DNA of 33,546 bases from positions 1-33,546 of IMG/VR virus record IMGVR_UViG_3300016476_001057; one strand, 5' to 3'. Below, piece by piece: positions 8,173 to 15,827 of this stretch (the first letter of the stretch is position 1; each line of letters begins with the position of its first letter). This DNA is from a virus. Taxonomy: Duplodnaviria > Caudoviricetes. Made by a program: the position numbers and the translations under genes. A model generated the notes under the pieces. It was not told the DNA's origin. It searched no databases and was given only the letters and a program-made list of their open reading frames with translations.

Positions 8173-9369
8173 TTACACAATCCTCTCGGCCTTGCGGCCC
8201 GTGAGCGCCTCCCAGCGGGCGACGATCACGTCGCAGTAGGCGGGGCTGATCTCCATGCCGTAGCACGTGCGGCCGAGCTGCTCGGCGGCGATCAGGGTGG
8301 TCCCGCTGCCGAGGAACGGGTCGTACACGAGCGGCGCGTCATGGTTACGGATGGCCCGAGCCATGCACTCCAACGGCTTCTGCGTCCCGTGTCCCGTGTC
8401 GTTGCTCCGGTTGTTGTCGATCTGCCACAGAGTGGTCTGTGTTCGATCCCCGATCCAATGCGCTTGCGATCCTTTGCGGGCCACAAACCAACAAGGCTCA
8501 TGTTGATGGTGGTAATGGCCGCGGCCGAATGTGTGCCTTTGCTTGGCCCACACAATGAGGTAGCGCACCTCAAATCCGCACGCAACGAGGCTTTCTGCTA
8601 CCACGGGAGAGAAAGCGCCAGCGTGCCAAACATAAGCAATATCGCCAGGAAACAGCTCCCAAGCCTCTCTCCAATCCGCTCGGTCATCGTTGGCAACCTT
8701 ACCGACTGCGCGCTTGGAATCCGGTCCATCGTTGTTGAATTCTGCCCTCCATGCTGGATCGTATTCCACGCCATACGGTGGGTCTGTAACCATCATGCGC
8801 GGTTGTTTCCCGTCCAGCAGACGCTTGACTTCGTCGGCCTTCGTGCTGTCCCCGCAGAGCAGGCGGTGCTTCCCCAGCAGCCACAGGTCGCCAGCCTGGG
8901 TGATCGGCTCGGCGGGCGGCTCGGGCACCTCGTCCTCGGTCACATCCGGCGCGGCGGCGGCTGCGAGCTTGGCCAGCTCCTTCTCGTCAAAGCCCGTCGC
9001 CGCCAGTAGCTCCTCGTCCTCAATGGCGATGGCGGCCAGCTGGGCGTGCAGGCTGGCCTCGTCCCATTCCGCCAGCTCGGCCGTGCGGTTGTCGGCGATG
9101 GCGAAGGCGGTGGCCTCGGCCCCGGTCAGGTTGGTCCGCACCGCCTTGATCGTTTTCCAGCCCAGCGCCTTTGCTGCGGACAGCGTGCCGTTGCCGGCCA
9201 CGACCACGCCCTTGCCGTCCACAACGATGGGCTTCTGCTGGCCGAATCGGGTGAGGCTGGCCTTGATGGCGGCCAAGTTCTCCTCGCCGTGCTTGCGGAC
9301 GTTGGCGGGGTCGTGCGTAAGGGTTTCGACGGGCACGTCCTCAACGTGCATGGTGAGTCCTACGGTCAT
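8173..9369 (-). CDS. ParB-like N-terminal domain fused to an N6/N4 DNA methyltransferase (beta class)
   Basis: FGQQKPIVVD...AGNG...ADNR (ParB), then LLCGDST, TDPPYG, HGTQKP and DPFLGSGTT. Confidence 0.93.
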   Translation of the reverse strand: MTVGLTMHVEDVPVETLTHDPANVRKHGEENLAAIKASLTRFGQQKPIVVDGKGVVVAGNGTLSAAKALGWKTIKAVRTNLTGAEATAFAIADNRTAELAEWDEASLHAQLAAIAIEDEELLAATGFDEKELAKLAAAAAPDVTEDEVPEPPAEPITQAGDLWLLGKHRLLCGDSTKADEVKRLLDGKQPRMMVTDPPYGVEYDPAWRAEFNNDGPDSKRAVGKVANDDRADWREAWELFPGDIAYVWHAGAFSPVVAESLVACGFEVRYLIVWAKQRHTFGRGHYHHQHEPCWFVARKGSQAHWIGDRTQTTLWQIDNNRSNDTGHGTQKPLECMARAIRNHDAPLVYDPFLGSGTTLIAAEQLGRTCYGMEISPAYCDVIVARWEALTGRKAERIV

Positions 9370-9677
9370 GGCTTCCTTTCGGCCTTGTCGATCACGCGCA
9401 TGATGCTGCGGGCCTCCTCGGCCCAGCTCGCGGCGGGGGTGCGGACGGCGAACATGTTGAGGCGCCCGCGCACCTCGGCGAGGGTCATGCGGAGGCGTTC
9501 GTACCCTGCCTCGGCGCTTTCCTTGGGACGGTACGCCGGGGGCAGGGTCATGTCCACAAAGCCGTCCGAGGCGGGCACGTCGATCTGGTGCTCGACGAGC
9601 AGGCGCACGAGGCGGTAGTTCTGCGCCTGGCATTGAGCGAGGCGCTGGTCGATGGGTTCGCGTTTACGCCGTGCCAT
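9366..9677 (-). CDS. Hypothetical protein
   Basis: MARRKREP...; ATGA overlap with the MTase start. Confidence 0.6.
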   Translation of the reverse strand: MARRKREPIDQRLAQCQAQNYRLVRLLVEHQIDVPASDGFVDMTLPPAYRPKESAEAGYERLRMTLAEVRGRLNMFAVRTPAASWAEEARSIMRVIDKAERKP

Positions 9678-9904
9678 CGGAGGGTGGGGGGGTCGGGGTG
9701 ACGAGCGAGGCCGGGCCATCCGAGCTTCCGGCACGTGACCTTCCAATTCCGCGCCCACGGGGCGTTCGGGTCCTCAAGCACGTAGGTCGTGAAGGCGCGG
9801 CGGACATCGTCGGCGTCGGCGACGAGGCGTTCGATGCACTCGGCGGCCTCATCGTCCTGCGACAGGCGAAGCCGGGCGCAGACGTAGGCCGGGTCGAGGT
9901 TCAT
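9548..9904 (-). CDS. Hypothetical protein (3' end uncertain, overlaps the next gene)
   Basis: ATGA-coupled start MNLDPAYVCARLR...AAECIERL. Confidence 0.45.
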   Translation of the reverse strand: MNLDPAYVCARLRLSQDDEAAECIERLVADADDVRRAFTTYVLEDPNAPWARNWKVTCRKLGWPGLARHPDPPTLRWHGVNANPSTSASLNARRRTTASCACSSSTRSTCPPRTALWT

Positions 9905-10065
9905 GGGTGTCCCGTGCAGCGACCGAGCCCGAAGCCGACCGCGAGGACGGCCGCGTACCACAGGATGCCGAAGACGATCCCGGCGCGGCGAAGCCACAGC
10001 TCCTCGCGTTCGCGCCGGCGGGCGCGAGCGTAGTGCCTGCGAAGCTGCTCGAGGTCGGTGGTCAT
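9901..10065 (-). CDS. Small single-pass membrane protein (54 aa, not in the ORF track)
   Basis: MTTDLEQLRRHY...AGIVFGILWYAAVLAVGFGLGRCTGHP; upstream GGAGG. Confidence 0.6.
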   Translation of the reverse strand: MTTDLEQLRRHYARARRREREELWLRRAGIVFGILWYAAVLAVGFGLGRCTGHP

Positions 10066-10117
10066 GGCTCGGCATCATCATCCCTCCGTGGAGCCGATTC
10101 AGGAAGCGGTCCCGGCG

Positions 10118-10378
10118 TCAGACGCGCCTCCGCTTCCGCTTGACGTGGACCTCGAGGCCTGCGAGCCGCGCCATCTCGAGCGCCATGCGGAAGGACGGCT
10201 CGCGCTTGCCCGTGGACGTGCCCGGGTCCGCCAGCAGGCACTCGGCCGTGTGCGCCGAGCAGATTCCCTCGCGCTCGCAGAGGCGGACGAACTGGTAGCG
10301 CGTGACGCCCTGCTCGCGCAGGTGATCCTGCATGGCGAGCTTCCAGGCGACGGGCGTGTCAAGGTCACGGGACTTCAT
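10118..10378 (-). CDS. XRE/Cro-like HTH regulator
   Basis: LREQGVTRYQF...PSFRMALEMARLAGLEV; first gene of the leftward arm. Confidence 0.65.
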   Translation of the reverse strand: MKSRDLDTPVAWKLAMQDHLREQGVTRYQFVRLCEREGICSAHTAECLLADPGTSTGKREPSFRMALEMARLAGLEVHVKRKRRRV

Positions 10379-10384
10379 GCCCGC

Positions 10385-10413
10385 AGGGTACGCAGGCGCG
10401 GGCGGCGAGTCAA
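10385..10413 (-). promoter_or_regulatory. Leftward sigma70-like promoter, leaderless
   Basis: TTGACT-N17-TACCCT with the ATG 6 nt downstream. Confidence 0.65.
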
Positions 10414-10435
10414 CTCGTCACCTCCGAAGGTGACC

Positions 10436-10488
10436 GTCTGGGAAAGACAGATGGCGCGTCAACTGGCTGTCTGGGAAGGACAGATGGC
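10436..10488. repeat. Direct repeat GTCTGGGAA(A/G)GACAGATGGC x2
   Basis: Copies at 10436-10455 and 10469-10488, 19/20 identical, 33-bp period. Confidence 0.85.
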
Positions 10489-10755
10489 AAGCTGTAAGAA
10501 ACTCTTACAGGTTCTCCTTTCCGCTGACGGCAGGGCCGGCGCGTGTGGAAACGCTTACGGCTGGCGCGAAGGTACTACAGGTCTGCACGGGTGTAGCGGG
10601 TTCGCTCCGGCTTCCGGGAAGTGGAAGGTAAACTTCCACCTGCGCCGCCCGATGATCCAAGCGCCGGCCCGGATGCGGGAAACGAGGATGCCGACCTTCG
10701 GCTATGCGGGTGCTGGCAGTCCCGCTCGGGCGGCGCGATTCCGGCGCGGCGGGGG

Positions 10756-10783
10756 TTGACAGGCGCGGGCGCATCGGTACGAT
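10756..10783 (+). promoter_or_regulatory. Rightward sigma70-like promoter of the replication operon
   Basis: TTGACA-N16-TACGAT. Confidence 0.65.
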
Positions 10784-10902
10784 GGGCGCGTCCGCCTCGC
10801 GGCGGATTGAGCAGGTGCAATTGCTCACCATTCAAACGACCGGGCGAGGGGCAGGGTTGCCGCACCTGCTCCCCTGCCCCCGCCCTGGTCACTGGTTGCC
10901 GC

Positions 10903-11352
10903 ATGAGCCGTCCCATTACCACCGAAATCCTTGAGCAGCCCGGCCTGACGGCGTCGGAGAAGCTGCTGCTCATCGCTATCGCCTCGCATGGGGCGACCGC
11001 CTTCCCCAGCCAGCCTCGCCTGGCACGCATGACCTCGTTGAGCCTGCGGACGGTGAAGTCGGTCATCAAGTCGCTTCGCGCCCGGTCGATCCTCACGACC
11101 GCGGATGGCCGCAAGTCGCTAACCTACACCATCGTCGGCGTAGGTGAAACTATTGCACCCACGGTGCAACCATTGCACGGGGGTGGTGCAACCATTGCAC
11201 CTCTGACGGTGCAACCATTGCACCCAAACTCTAAAGGGAACTCTCAATTGAACTCGCCCCCTAACCCCCAAAGGGGGAATGGGCGAACGAGGTCAACTAG
11301 GCGGGAGGAAGAGGCGCGGCGTCGCGCCGACCCGAACTGGGTTCCGTTCTGA
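10903..11352 (+). CDS. Replication initiator (HTH_36, lambda O-like)
   Basis: LTASEKLLLIAIA...AFPSQPRLARMTSLSLRTVKSVIKSL; iterons lie inside the gene. Confidence 0.82.
   Translation: MSRPITTEILEQPGLTASEKLLLIAIASHGATAFPSQPRLARMTSLSLRTVKSVIKSLRARSILTTADGRKSLTYTIVGVGETIAPTVQPLHGGGATIAPLTVQPLHPNSKGNSQLNSPPNPQRGNGRTRSTRREEEARRRADPNWVPF
11143..11224. repeat. Replication-origin iterons, 4 x GGTGCAACCATTGCACC
   Basis: Copies start at 11143, 11163, 11185 and 11208. The unit is palindromic and an AT-richer tract follows. Confidence 0.85.
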
Positions 11353-11366
11353 ACGGAGGCTGACCG

Positions 11367-11813
11367 ATGGACCAACCGACCTGGCCCGACAACAAGGTCC
11401 TCATGTGCAAGCTCTGGCCGAAGTGGAAGCCGGACGAGCACCTCGCCGCCCTGCTGAACTCGCGCTGGTCGCACCTGCGGCAGGACAAGCTCCGCGAGTG
11501 CATCGAGAACCACCGCTTCGAGCGGGACAGCACCCCGGACATCGCCGCCATCCAGAAGGCGTACGGGGCCATGACCGGGGCCAGCGAGGTCGCCGCCGCC
11601 GCTGACCGCGAGGTCGAGCGCACCCGGGCGGACGCCACCCAGCCGATGACCGCGAAGGAGGAGGCCGCCTGGGACGCGCACGTCGAGCGCATCCTGGCGA
11701 CCGCGACCGCCGAGGAGCTCGCCGCCGTGCGCGAGCGACTGACCTTCCTGCCGATGAGCAGCCGGCGGATGCTCGGGCTGGCCGTCGAATATTGTCGGCA
11801 GAATCCCCGTTGA
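11367..11813 (+). CDS. Putative replication accessory protein (helicase loader-like by position)
   Basis: RBS GGAGG; helical 148 aa directly after the initiator. Confidence 0.5.
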   Translation: MDQPTWPDNKVLMCKLWPKWKPDEHLAALLNSRWSHLRQDKLRECIENHRFERDSTPDIAAIQKAYGAMTGASEVAAAADREVERTRADATQPMTAKEEAAWDAHVERILATATAEELAAVRERLTFLPMSSRRMLGLAVEYCRQNPR

Positions 11814-11838
11814 CACCTGCCTCGGCGCAGGGTAAGGT
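11810..11838 (+). promoter_or_regulatory. Sigma70 promoter with a palindromic operator in the spacer
   Basis: TTGACA-CCTGCctcggcGCAGGg-TAAGGT (N17). Confidence 0.8.
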
Positions 11839-11898
11839 ATGCGCGTCGGCATGATGCCGACACCGTGCGCGGCGGGACCGCGCTGCTAGGAGAAGCAG

Positions 11899-12240
11899 AT
11901 GAAGAGCCGATTCGAGATACCGACCATCGGTGAGGTCATCGGGCGCGACCCGATGGAGGACTTCCGGTCGATCCCCCATTACATCGGGGCCGCCGTACAG
12001 ATCAGCACCCGGGACGCCGTGCTGGAGATTGTCGAGGACCGCGACCTGGGCACGACCAGCCGCACGTGGCTGGTGTCGGTCTTCGCCTGGTCCAACGCCT
12101 TCGACCAAGGCCGCACCATCCACTTCGCCTCCCGCACTGACGTGCGCGAGCACGACTCGGCGCGGGCCGTCAGCGAGTCGTTCGCGCTGGAGGTCATCGC
12201 GGTGATCGCCACCGCCATCGAGGAGGCCCGCGATGACTGA
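11899..12240 (+). CDS. Hypothetical protein
   Basis: RBS AGGAG; 113 aa. Confidence 0.75.
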   Translation: MKSRFEIPTIGEVIGRDPMEDFRSIPHYIGAAVQISTRDAVLEIVEDRDLGTTSRTWLVSVFAWSNAFDQGRTIHFASRTDVREHDSARAVSESFALEVIAVIATAIEEARDD

Positions 12241-12424
12241 CCGCACCTGCGTGGTCGTGACGATCCGCCCGGAGGACGATCAGCTCATCCTCCTGACCAC
12301 GGACGGCGAGGTCGTGATCGACGTGCGGCACATCGCCGCCAGCAAGGCGAAGGTCGCCGTGCTGGCCCCGCGCTCCGTGCGCGTCGGCCGGCGCGACCAC
12401 GTGACATGGGAGGGACGAGGATGA
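12233..12424 (+). CDS. CsrA/RsmA-like RNA-binding protein
   Basis: VVVTIR..DQLIL..DGEVVIDV....KAKVAVLAPRSVRVGR parallels the CsrA five-strand pattern, including AP..V.V.R. Confidence 0.6.
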   Translation: MTDRTCVVVTIRPEDDQLILLTTDGEVVIDVRHIAASKAKVAVLAPRSVRVGRRDHVTWEGRG

Positions 12425-12738
12425 CCACCGAGACCTTCGACATGGTCGTGCGCGGCCTGGCCGTCCTGCGCCGCGAGGAGCCGGACTTCAGCCTGACCGC
12501 GACCATCGCCTTCCTGACCATCGCCACCCTGCCCAAGGGCGTCACCGTCGCCACGCTCGACACCATGCTTGAGATGGAGCCGGGGACGATGGGGCGCACG
12601 ATGCAGCAGCTCCTTCACCGAGAGCTGGTGGTCCGGGAGCGGGACGAGATCGACCGCCGCACGCACCGGGTCTGCCTGTCGGGCCGGGGCCGTGCCCTCG
12701 CTTCCTGCGTCGGCGCGGCGATGGGGGTGGAGGCATGA
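12421..12738 (+). CDS. MarR-type winged-helix protein
   Basis: TVATL...LEMEPGTMGRTMQQL....LVVRERDEIDRRTHRVCLSGRGR. Confidence 0.85.
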   Translation: MTTETFDMVVRGLAVLRREEPDFSLTATIAFLTIATLPKGVTVATLDTMLEMEPGTMGRTMQQLLHRELVVRERDEIDRRTHRVCLSGRGRALASCVGAAMGVEA

Positions 12739-13049
12739 ACCTCTTCGACGCCGCCGAGGCCGACCGCCGCAAGGAGGCGGGCATGGCGAAGGCCGCCAGC
12801 GCCCGGCCCGAGCTGCTGGCCGCCGCGCAGCAGATCGCCCGCCGCCTCGCCCGAGTCTACGGCGAGGTGAACATGGACCAGGTCGCGGCGGAGATGCACC
12901 GCTACGGCTACGACTTCACGCTGCTCGGCAACGCCGCCGGCAGCGTCTTCAAGGGTCCGGGCTGGACGTGCCTGGGCTTCACCCGCTCCGTGCGCCCTTC
13001 CACGCACGGCCGCGCCATCCGAGTCTGGAAGCTGGAGGAGACGCCATGA
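12735..13049 (+). CDS. Hypothetical phage protein
   Basis: RBS GGAGG and ATGA coupling; GNAAGSVF...W...S.RP..HGR.IRVW. Confidence 0.75.
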   Translation: MNLFDAAEADRRKEAGMAKAASARPELLAAAQQIARRLARVYGEVNMDQVAAEMHRYGYDFTLLGNAAGSVFKGPGWTCLGFTRSVRPSTHGRAIRVWKLEETP

Positions 13050-13360
13050 GGCTGCCAAACAGCCCCGAGTCAATCGCCGAGTCGCTGAAGGCCGGCGCCG
13101 AGCGCATTCGCAACACCACGCACGCCGGGCAACCGCTGGAGCCGCTGTACTTCCTGCTCCAGCACGCGGCGGCTTGGATCAAGCAGGACGCCGAGGCCCG
13201 TGCCCGCGACCTTGAACGCATCCGCGAGCTGGAGCGGCAGGTGGTCAGTCTCGGCGGAGGCTTCGACCGCCGCGGCTTGGACGGCGACCCGAAGGATCCG
13301 CGCACGCCCCGGCAGGAGCTGAAGCAGGGTTCGTGGGTGGACGAAGGGAGCCACGCATGA
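13046..13360 (+). CDS. Hypothetical protein
   Basis: RBS GGAGGAG and ATGA coupling. Confidence 0.65.
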   Translation: MRLPNSPESIAESLKAGAERIRNTTHAGQPLEPLYFLLQHAAAWIKQDAEARARDLERIRELERQVVSLGGGFDRRGLDGDPKDPRTPRQELKQGSWVDEGSHA

Positions 13361-13839
13361 ACACCTACGACATCGTTTCCAGGCTTCGTTTGACGCCCGT
13401 CTTGATGCACGCCGATGCGTTTGGGCAGAGCAAGATCGACTACGAGGCGTGCAAGAAGTACGTGAACGAGGAAGGCGTCAAGCTGATGCTTGAAGCCGCC
13501 AGCGAGATCGAACGCTTGCGGGCCGAGCTGCACCGCCTGCAGGACCCTGTCAACGGCCCGCATTTTGAATACCAGCAGTGCGCGATGGAGCGGGACCGCT
13601 TGCGCTCCGAACGCAACCTAGCGGAGAATGAGGTGCTGAATCAAAGCCGCGCACACCGCGCAAAGGTCGCCCAGCTTGTCAGCAAGACGTACAAACTGAC
13701 CGCCGAGCGCGACGATGCAAGAGCGCTTTACTGCTGGCTGCTTGAGGCACACAAGCGCGGCGATGGACGCGAGGAGGCGAAGAAGCGCGGATGGGATTGC
13801 ATTCACGATGGCGGTATTCGCGATGGGGGCAAGCCATGA
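13357..13839 (+). CDS. Hypothetical coiled-coil protein (DIVxRLR and AERD...GWDC modules)
   Basis: ATGA coupling; shares motifs with neighbouring ORFs. Confidence 0.7.
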   Translation: MNTYDIVSRLRLTPVLMHADAFGQSKIDYEACKKYVNEEGVKLMLEAASEIERLRAELHRLQDPVNGPHFEYQQCAMERDRLRSERNLAENEVLNQSRAHRAKVAQLVSKTYKLTAERDDARALYCWLLEAHKRGDGREEAKKRGWDCIHDGGIRDGGKP

Positions 13840-14042
13840 CCGACCCTGCACGCATCACTGCCGCTCGGCGCAGCGTGTCAGCGGCGCTCCTCGGCCGCAA
13901 CCACGTCGCGTCCCGACTGCTTTCCTCCAAGGTCTCGCTGACCTGGGACATCGCCTGCGAGGCCGCCGAGCGGCTGGCCGCGCTGGAGGTGGAGAACGGC
14001 AAGCTGCGCGACCGCCTCGTTCTGAAGGGCATCGATGACTGA
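13836..14042 (+). CDS. Hypothetical protein
   Basis: ATGA coupling; MTDPARIT. Confidence 0.6.
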   Translation: MTDPARITAARRSVSAALLGRNHVASRLLSSKVSLTWDIACEAAERLAALEVENGKLRDRLVLKGIDD

Positions 14043-14262
14043 CAAGCGAGCCGAAATTGACTTCAGCTTCCCCACCAACAAGGGCGAACAGTGGGACGGC
14101 AAGAACCACCCGCACATCGAGATCACGATCAACAGCGACGGCGAGATCGGGGTCTGGGTGATGGATGGGAGCGATGGCAGAATCCTCACCTGGTGCGACG
14201 TGCACATTGATGATCTTCGCGCCATCCTTGCCGCGGCCGATGCCGTGGGAGTCAAGCCATGA
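14035..14262 (+). CDS. Hypothetical protein
   Basis: 75 aa, overlaps its neighbours in operon fashion. Confidence 0.65.
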   Translation: MTDKRAEIDFSFPTNKGEQWDGKNHPHIEITINSDGEIGVWVMDGSDGRILTWCDVHIDDLRAILAAADAVGVKP

Positions 14263-14435
14263 CCGATACCGAACTGTGCAAACGGCTGCGCGACACGAAT
14301 CCGCGCATCGCTGAATGGGCCTACGCAGTGATTGCTGCCGACCGCATCGAGGAACTGAAGCGCGATCTGAACCGCGCCAACCAGCGCATCGGGCTGTTCC
14401 TGCACCACGCATCCAAGAAGAAGGGAAAGCGATGA
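14259..14435 (+). CDS. Hypothetical 58-aa protein (not in the ORF track)
   Basis: MTDTELCKRLR...AADRIEELKR; ATGA overlaps at both ends. Confidence 0.65.
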   Translation: MTDTELCKRLRDTNPRIAEWAYAVIAADRIEELKRDLNRANQRIGLFLHHASKKKGKR

Positions 14436-14713
14436 CTGAAAGCACATTCAAGCTGAACCGCCTGGCCATGCACCAAGAGTGGTACGACAAGAACCGTACG
14501 CTGCTGTTCATCGAAGCCAGCGTCGTGATGCAGGAGTTGCTTGCGATGTGCAGGCAATACAAGGCCGAGCATGACGCGCTACGCGCCGAGCGCGACGAGG
14601 TGCGACAGTCGTATTGCTCGCTGATGGAGGCGTACCGAGGCGGCGATGGCAGGGCCACCGCGAACAAACTCGGATGGGGCTACCTGTTTGAGGAGGACAA
14701 GCCATGCCAGTAG
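14432..14713 (+). CDS. Hypothetical protein (AERDE...C...GW module)
   Basis: ATGA coupling; C-terminus paralogous to neighbours. Confidence 0.65.
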   Translation: MTESTFKLNRLAMHQEWYDKNRTLLFIEASVVMQELLAMCRQYKAEHDALRAERDEVRQSYCSLMEAYRGGDGRATANKLGWGYLFEEDKPCQ

Positions 14714-14889
14714 GCGGCAGGTACAAGAACACGAAGTACGGACACAACGCATCGGGCGACGATGTGTTCTTCATCCTCATCCCGATCTTCGCGGTCGTCC
14801 TGCTCATTGCGATGATCGGTGAGGCCCGGAGAGCCAAGAGCAGCACGAACCACAACACCACACAGAAGGAGACACGCCATGTTCAGTAA
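14704..14889 (+). CDS. Small membrane protein
   Basis: RBS GAGGAGG; hydrophobic segment VFFILIPIFAVVLLIAMIG. Confidence 0.55.
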   Translation: MPVGGRYKNTKYGHNASGDDVFFILIPIFAVVLLIAMIGEARRAKSSTNHNTTQKETRHVQ

Positions 14890-15055
14890 CACCTGCGCCA
14901 TGACACTTGCACAGAAGTCCGACCGCATCCTCGCCCAGACGCGAGGCTTGAGCGGAGCGACACCGAACGCCACGCAACTCATCGAAGAACTGCGGTCGGC
15001 GTTGGAGGAAAACATGAAGGAAGTGCAGCGGCTACGGAAGGAGGAAAGCAAGTGA
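14879..15055 (+). CDS. Hypothetical protein
   Basis: RBS AGGAG; MFSNTCAM. Confidence 0.55.
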   Translation: MFSNTCAMTLAQKSDRILAQTRGLSGATPNATQLIEELRSALEENMKEVQRLRKEESK

Positions 15056-15174
15056 GCGACGATTTCGGAATCGGAGTGATTGTCGGCATCGTCCTGACGA
15101 TGCTGTGTTGCCTCGCAGGGATCGGGATAAGCGTGCTGTTTCCAAGACGCCCGAAGAAGCAGGACGGCAAGTGA
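15052..15174 (+). CDS. 40-aa membrane peptide (not in the ORF track)
   Basis: GTG start, SDDFGIGVIVGIVLTMLCCLAGIGISVLFPRRPKK; GTGA overlaps at both ends. Confidence 0.55.
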   Translation: MSDDFGIGVIVGIVLTMLCCLAGIGISVLFPRRPKKQDGK

Positions 15175-15365
15175 GCAAGAAGAAGCCCAAGACCAAGATC
15201 ACGAAGGCCGAGCGAATCGAACGGCAGATCAAGTTGCTTTACAAGTCGCTTGCCGAACATCGGGAAACCGAATGGGCGCTTGGTCTGACTGCGGAGCGCG
15301 TGTTTGTTCGTATCTACGAACTTGAACAGATCATGCGTGGCGAATACGAGGAGGACGGCAAGTGA
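15171..15365 (+). CDS. Hypothetical basic protein
   Basis: GTGA coupling. Confidence 0.55.
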   Translation: MSKKKPKTKITKAERIERQIKLLYKSLAEHRETEWALGLTAERVFVRIYELEQIMRGEYEEDGK

Positions 15366-15616
15366 AGGACACAGACATCATTGCGGCGATTGCGCCTGAC
15401 GCGGTATCGCTGATGGACAAGGCAATCGCGGAGATCAAGCGACTTCGGCAGGAGAACGCAACCCTCACCGCCGAGCGAGATGAGGCGAGGCGGATCGCCT
15501 GCGAGATGGAAGAGCGAGTCGGCTGCGACGATAGCGGCTGTCCTAAGAATGGCCTTGCCCATGACCACGCGAAGCGGCGTGGTTGGAACTGCTTCAAGGA
15601 GAACACCGATGACTGA
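15362..15616 (+). CDS. Hypothetical protein (AERDEARR...RGWNCFKE module)
   Basis: RBS GAGGAGG; paralogous to neighbours. Confidence 0.7.
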   Translation: MKDTDIIAAIAPDAVSLMDKAIAEIKRLRQENATLTAERDEARRIACEMEERVGCDDSGCPKNGLAHDHAKRRGWNCFKENTDD

Positions 15617-15827
15617 CCCCCTTAACAGAATGCGAGCAGAAAGCGACTGGCTCAAAACCGAACTGGCACTACGCGCAGAGATTGAGCGTCTGCGGAAGGA
15701 GCGTGACGAGGCGAGGCGGAAAATCTGCGAGATGGAAGCGGAGTGCATTGTGTATCCGCCGTGCAGTCCGCAGCAATACGCCGTTCGCATGGGATGGGAC
15801 TGCTTCAAGGAGAACAGCGATGGCTGA
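15609..15827 (+). CDS. Hypothetical protein (ERDEARR...GWDCFKE module)
   Basis: RBS AGGAG; paralogous to neighbours. Confidence 0.7.
   Translation: MTDPLNRMRAESDWLKTELALRAEIERLRKERDEARRKICEMEAECIVYPPCSPQQYAVRMGWDCFKENSDG

Noticed and set aside
6469-9009. Long + strand ORFs opposite terL and the MTase
   Set aside because: Typical shadow translations; the minus-strand genes carry the clear motifs.
10436-10488. Direct repeat considered as a CRISPR or att site
   Set aside because: Only two copies with a 13-bp spacer, and no integrase or cas gene was seen.
11143-11224. Repeats considered as a mini-CRISPR array
   Set aside because: Spacers are only 3-6 bp, the repeats lie inside the initiator gene and there are no cas genes. 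They fit iterons.
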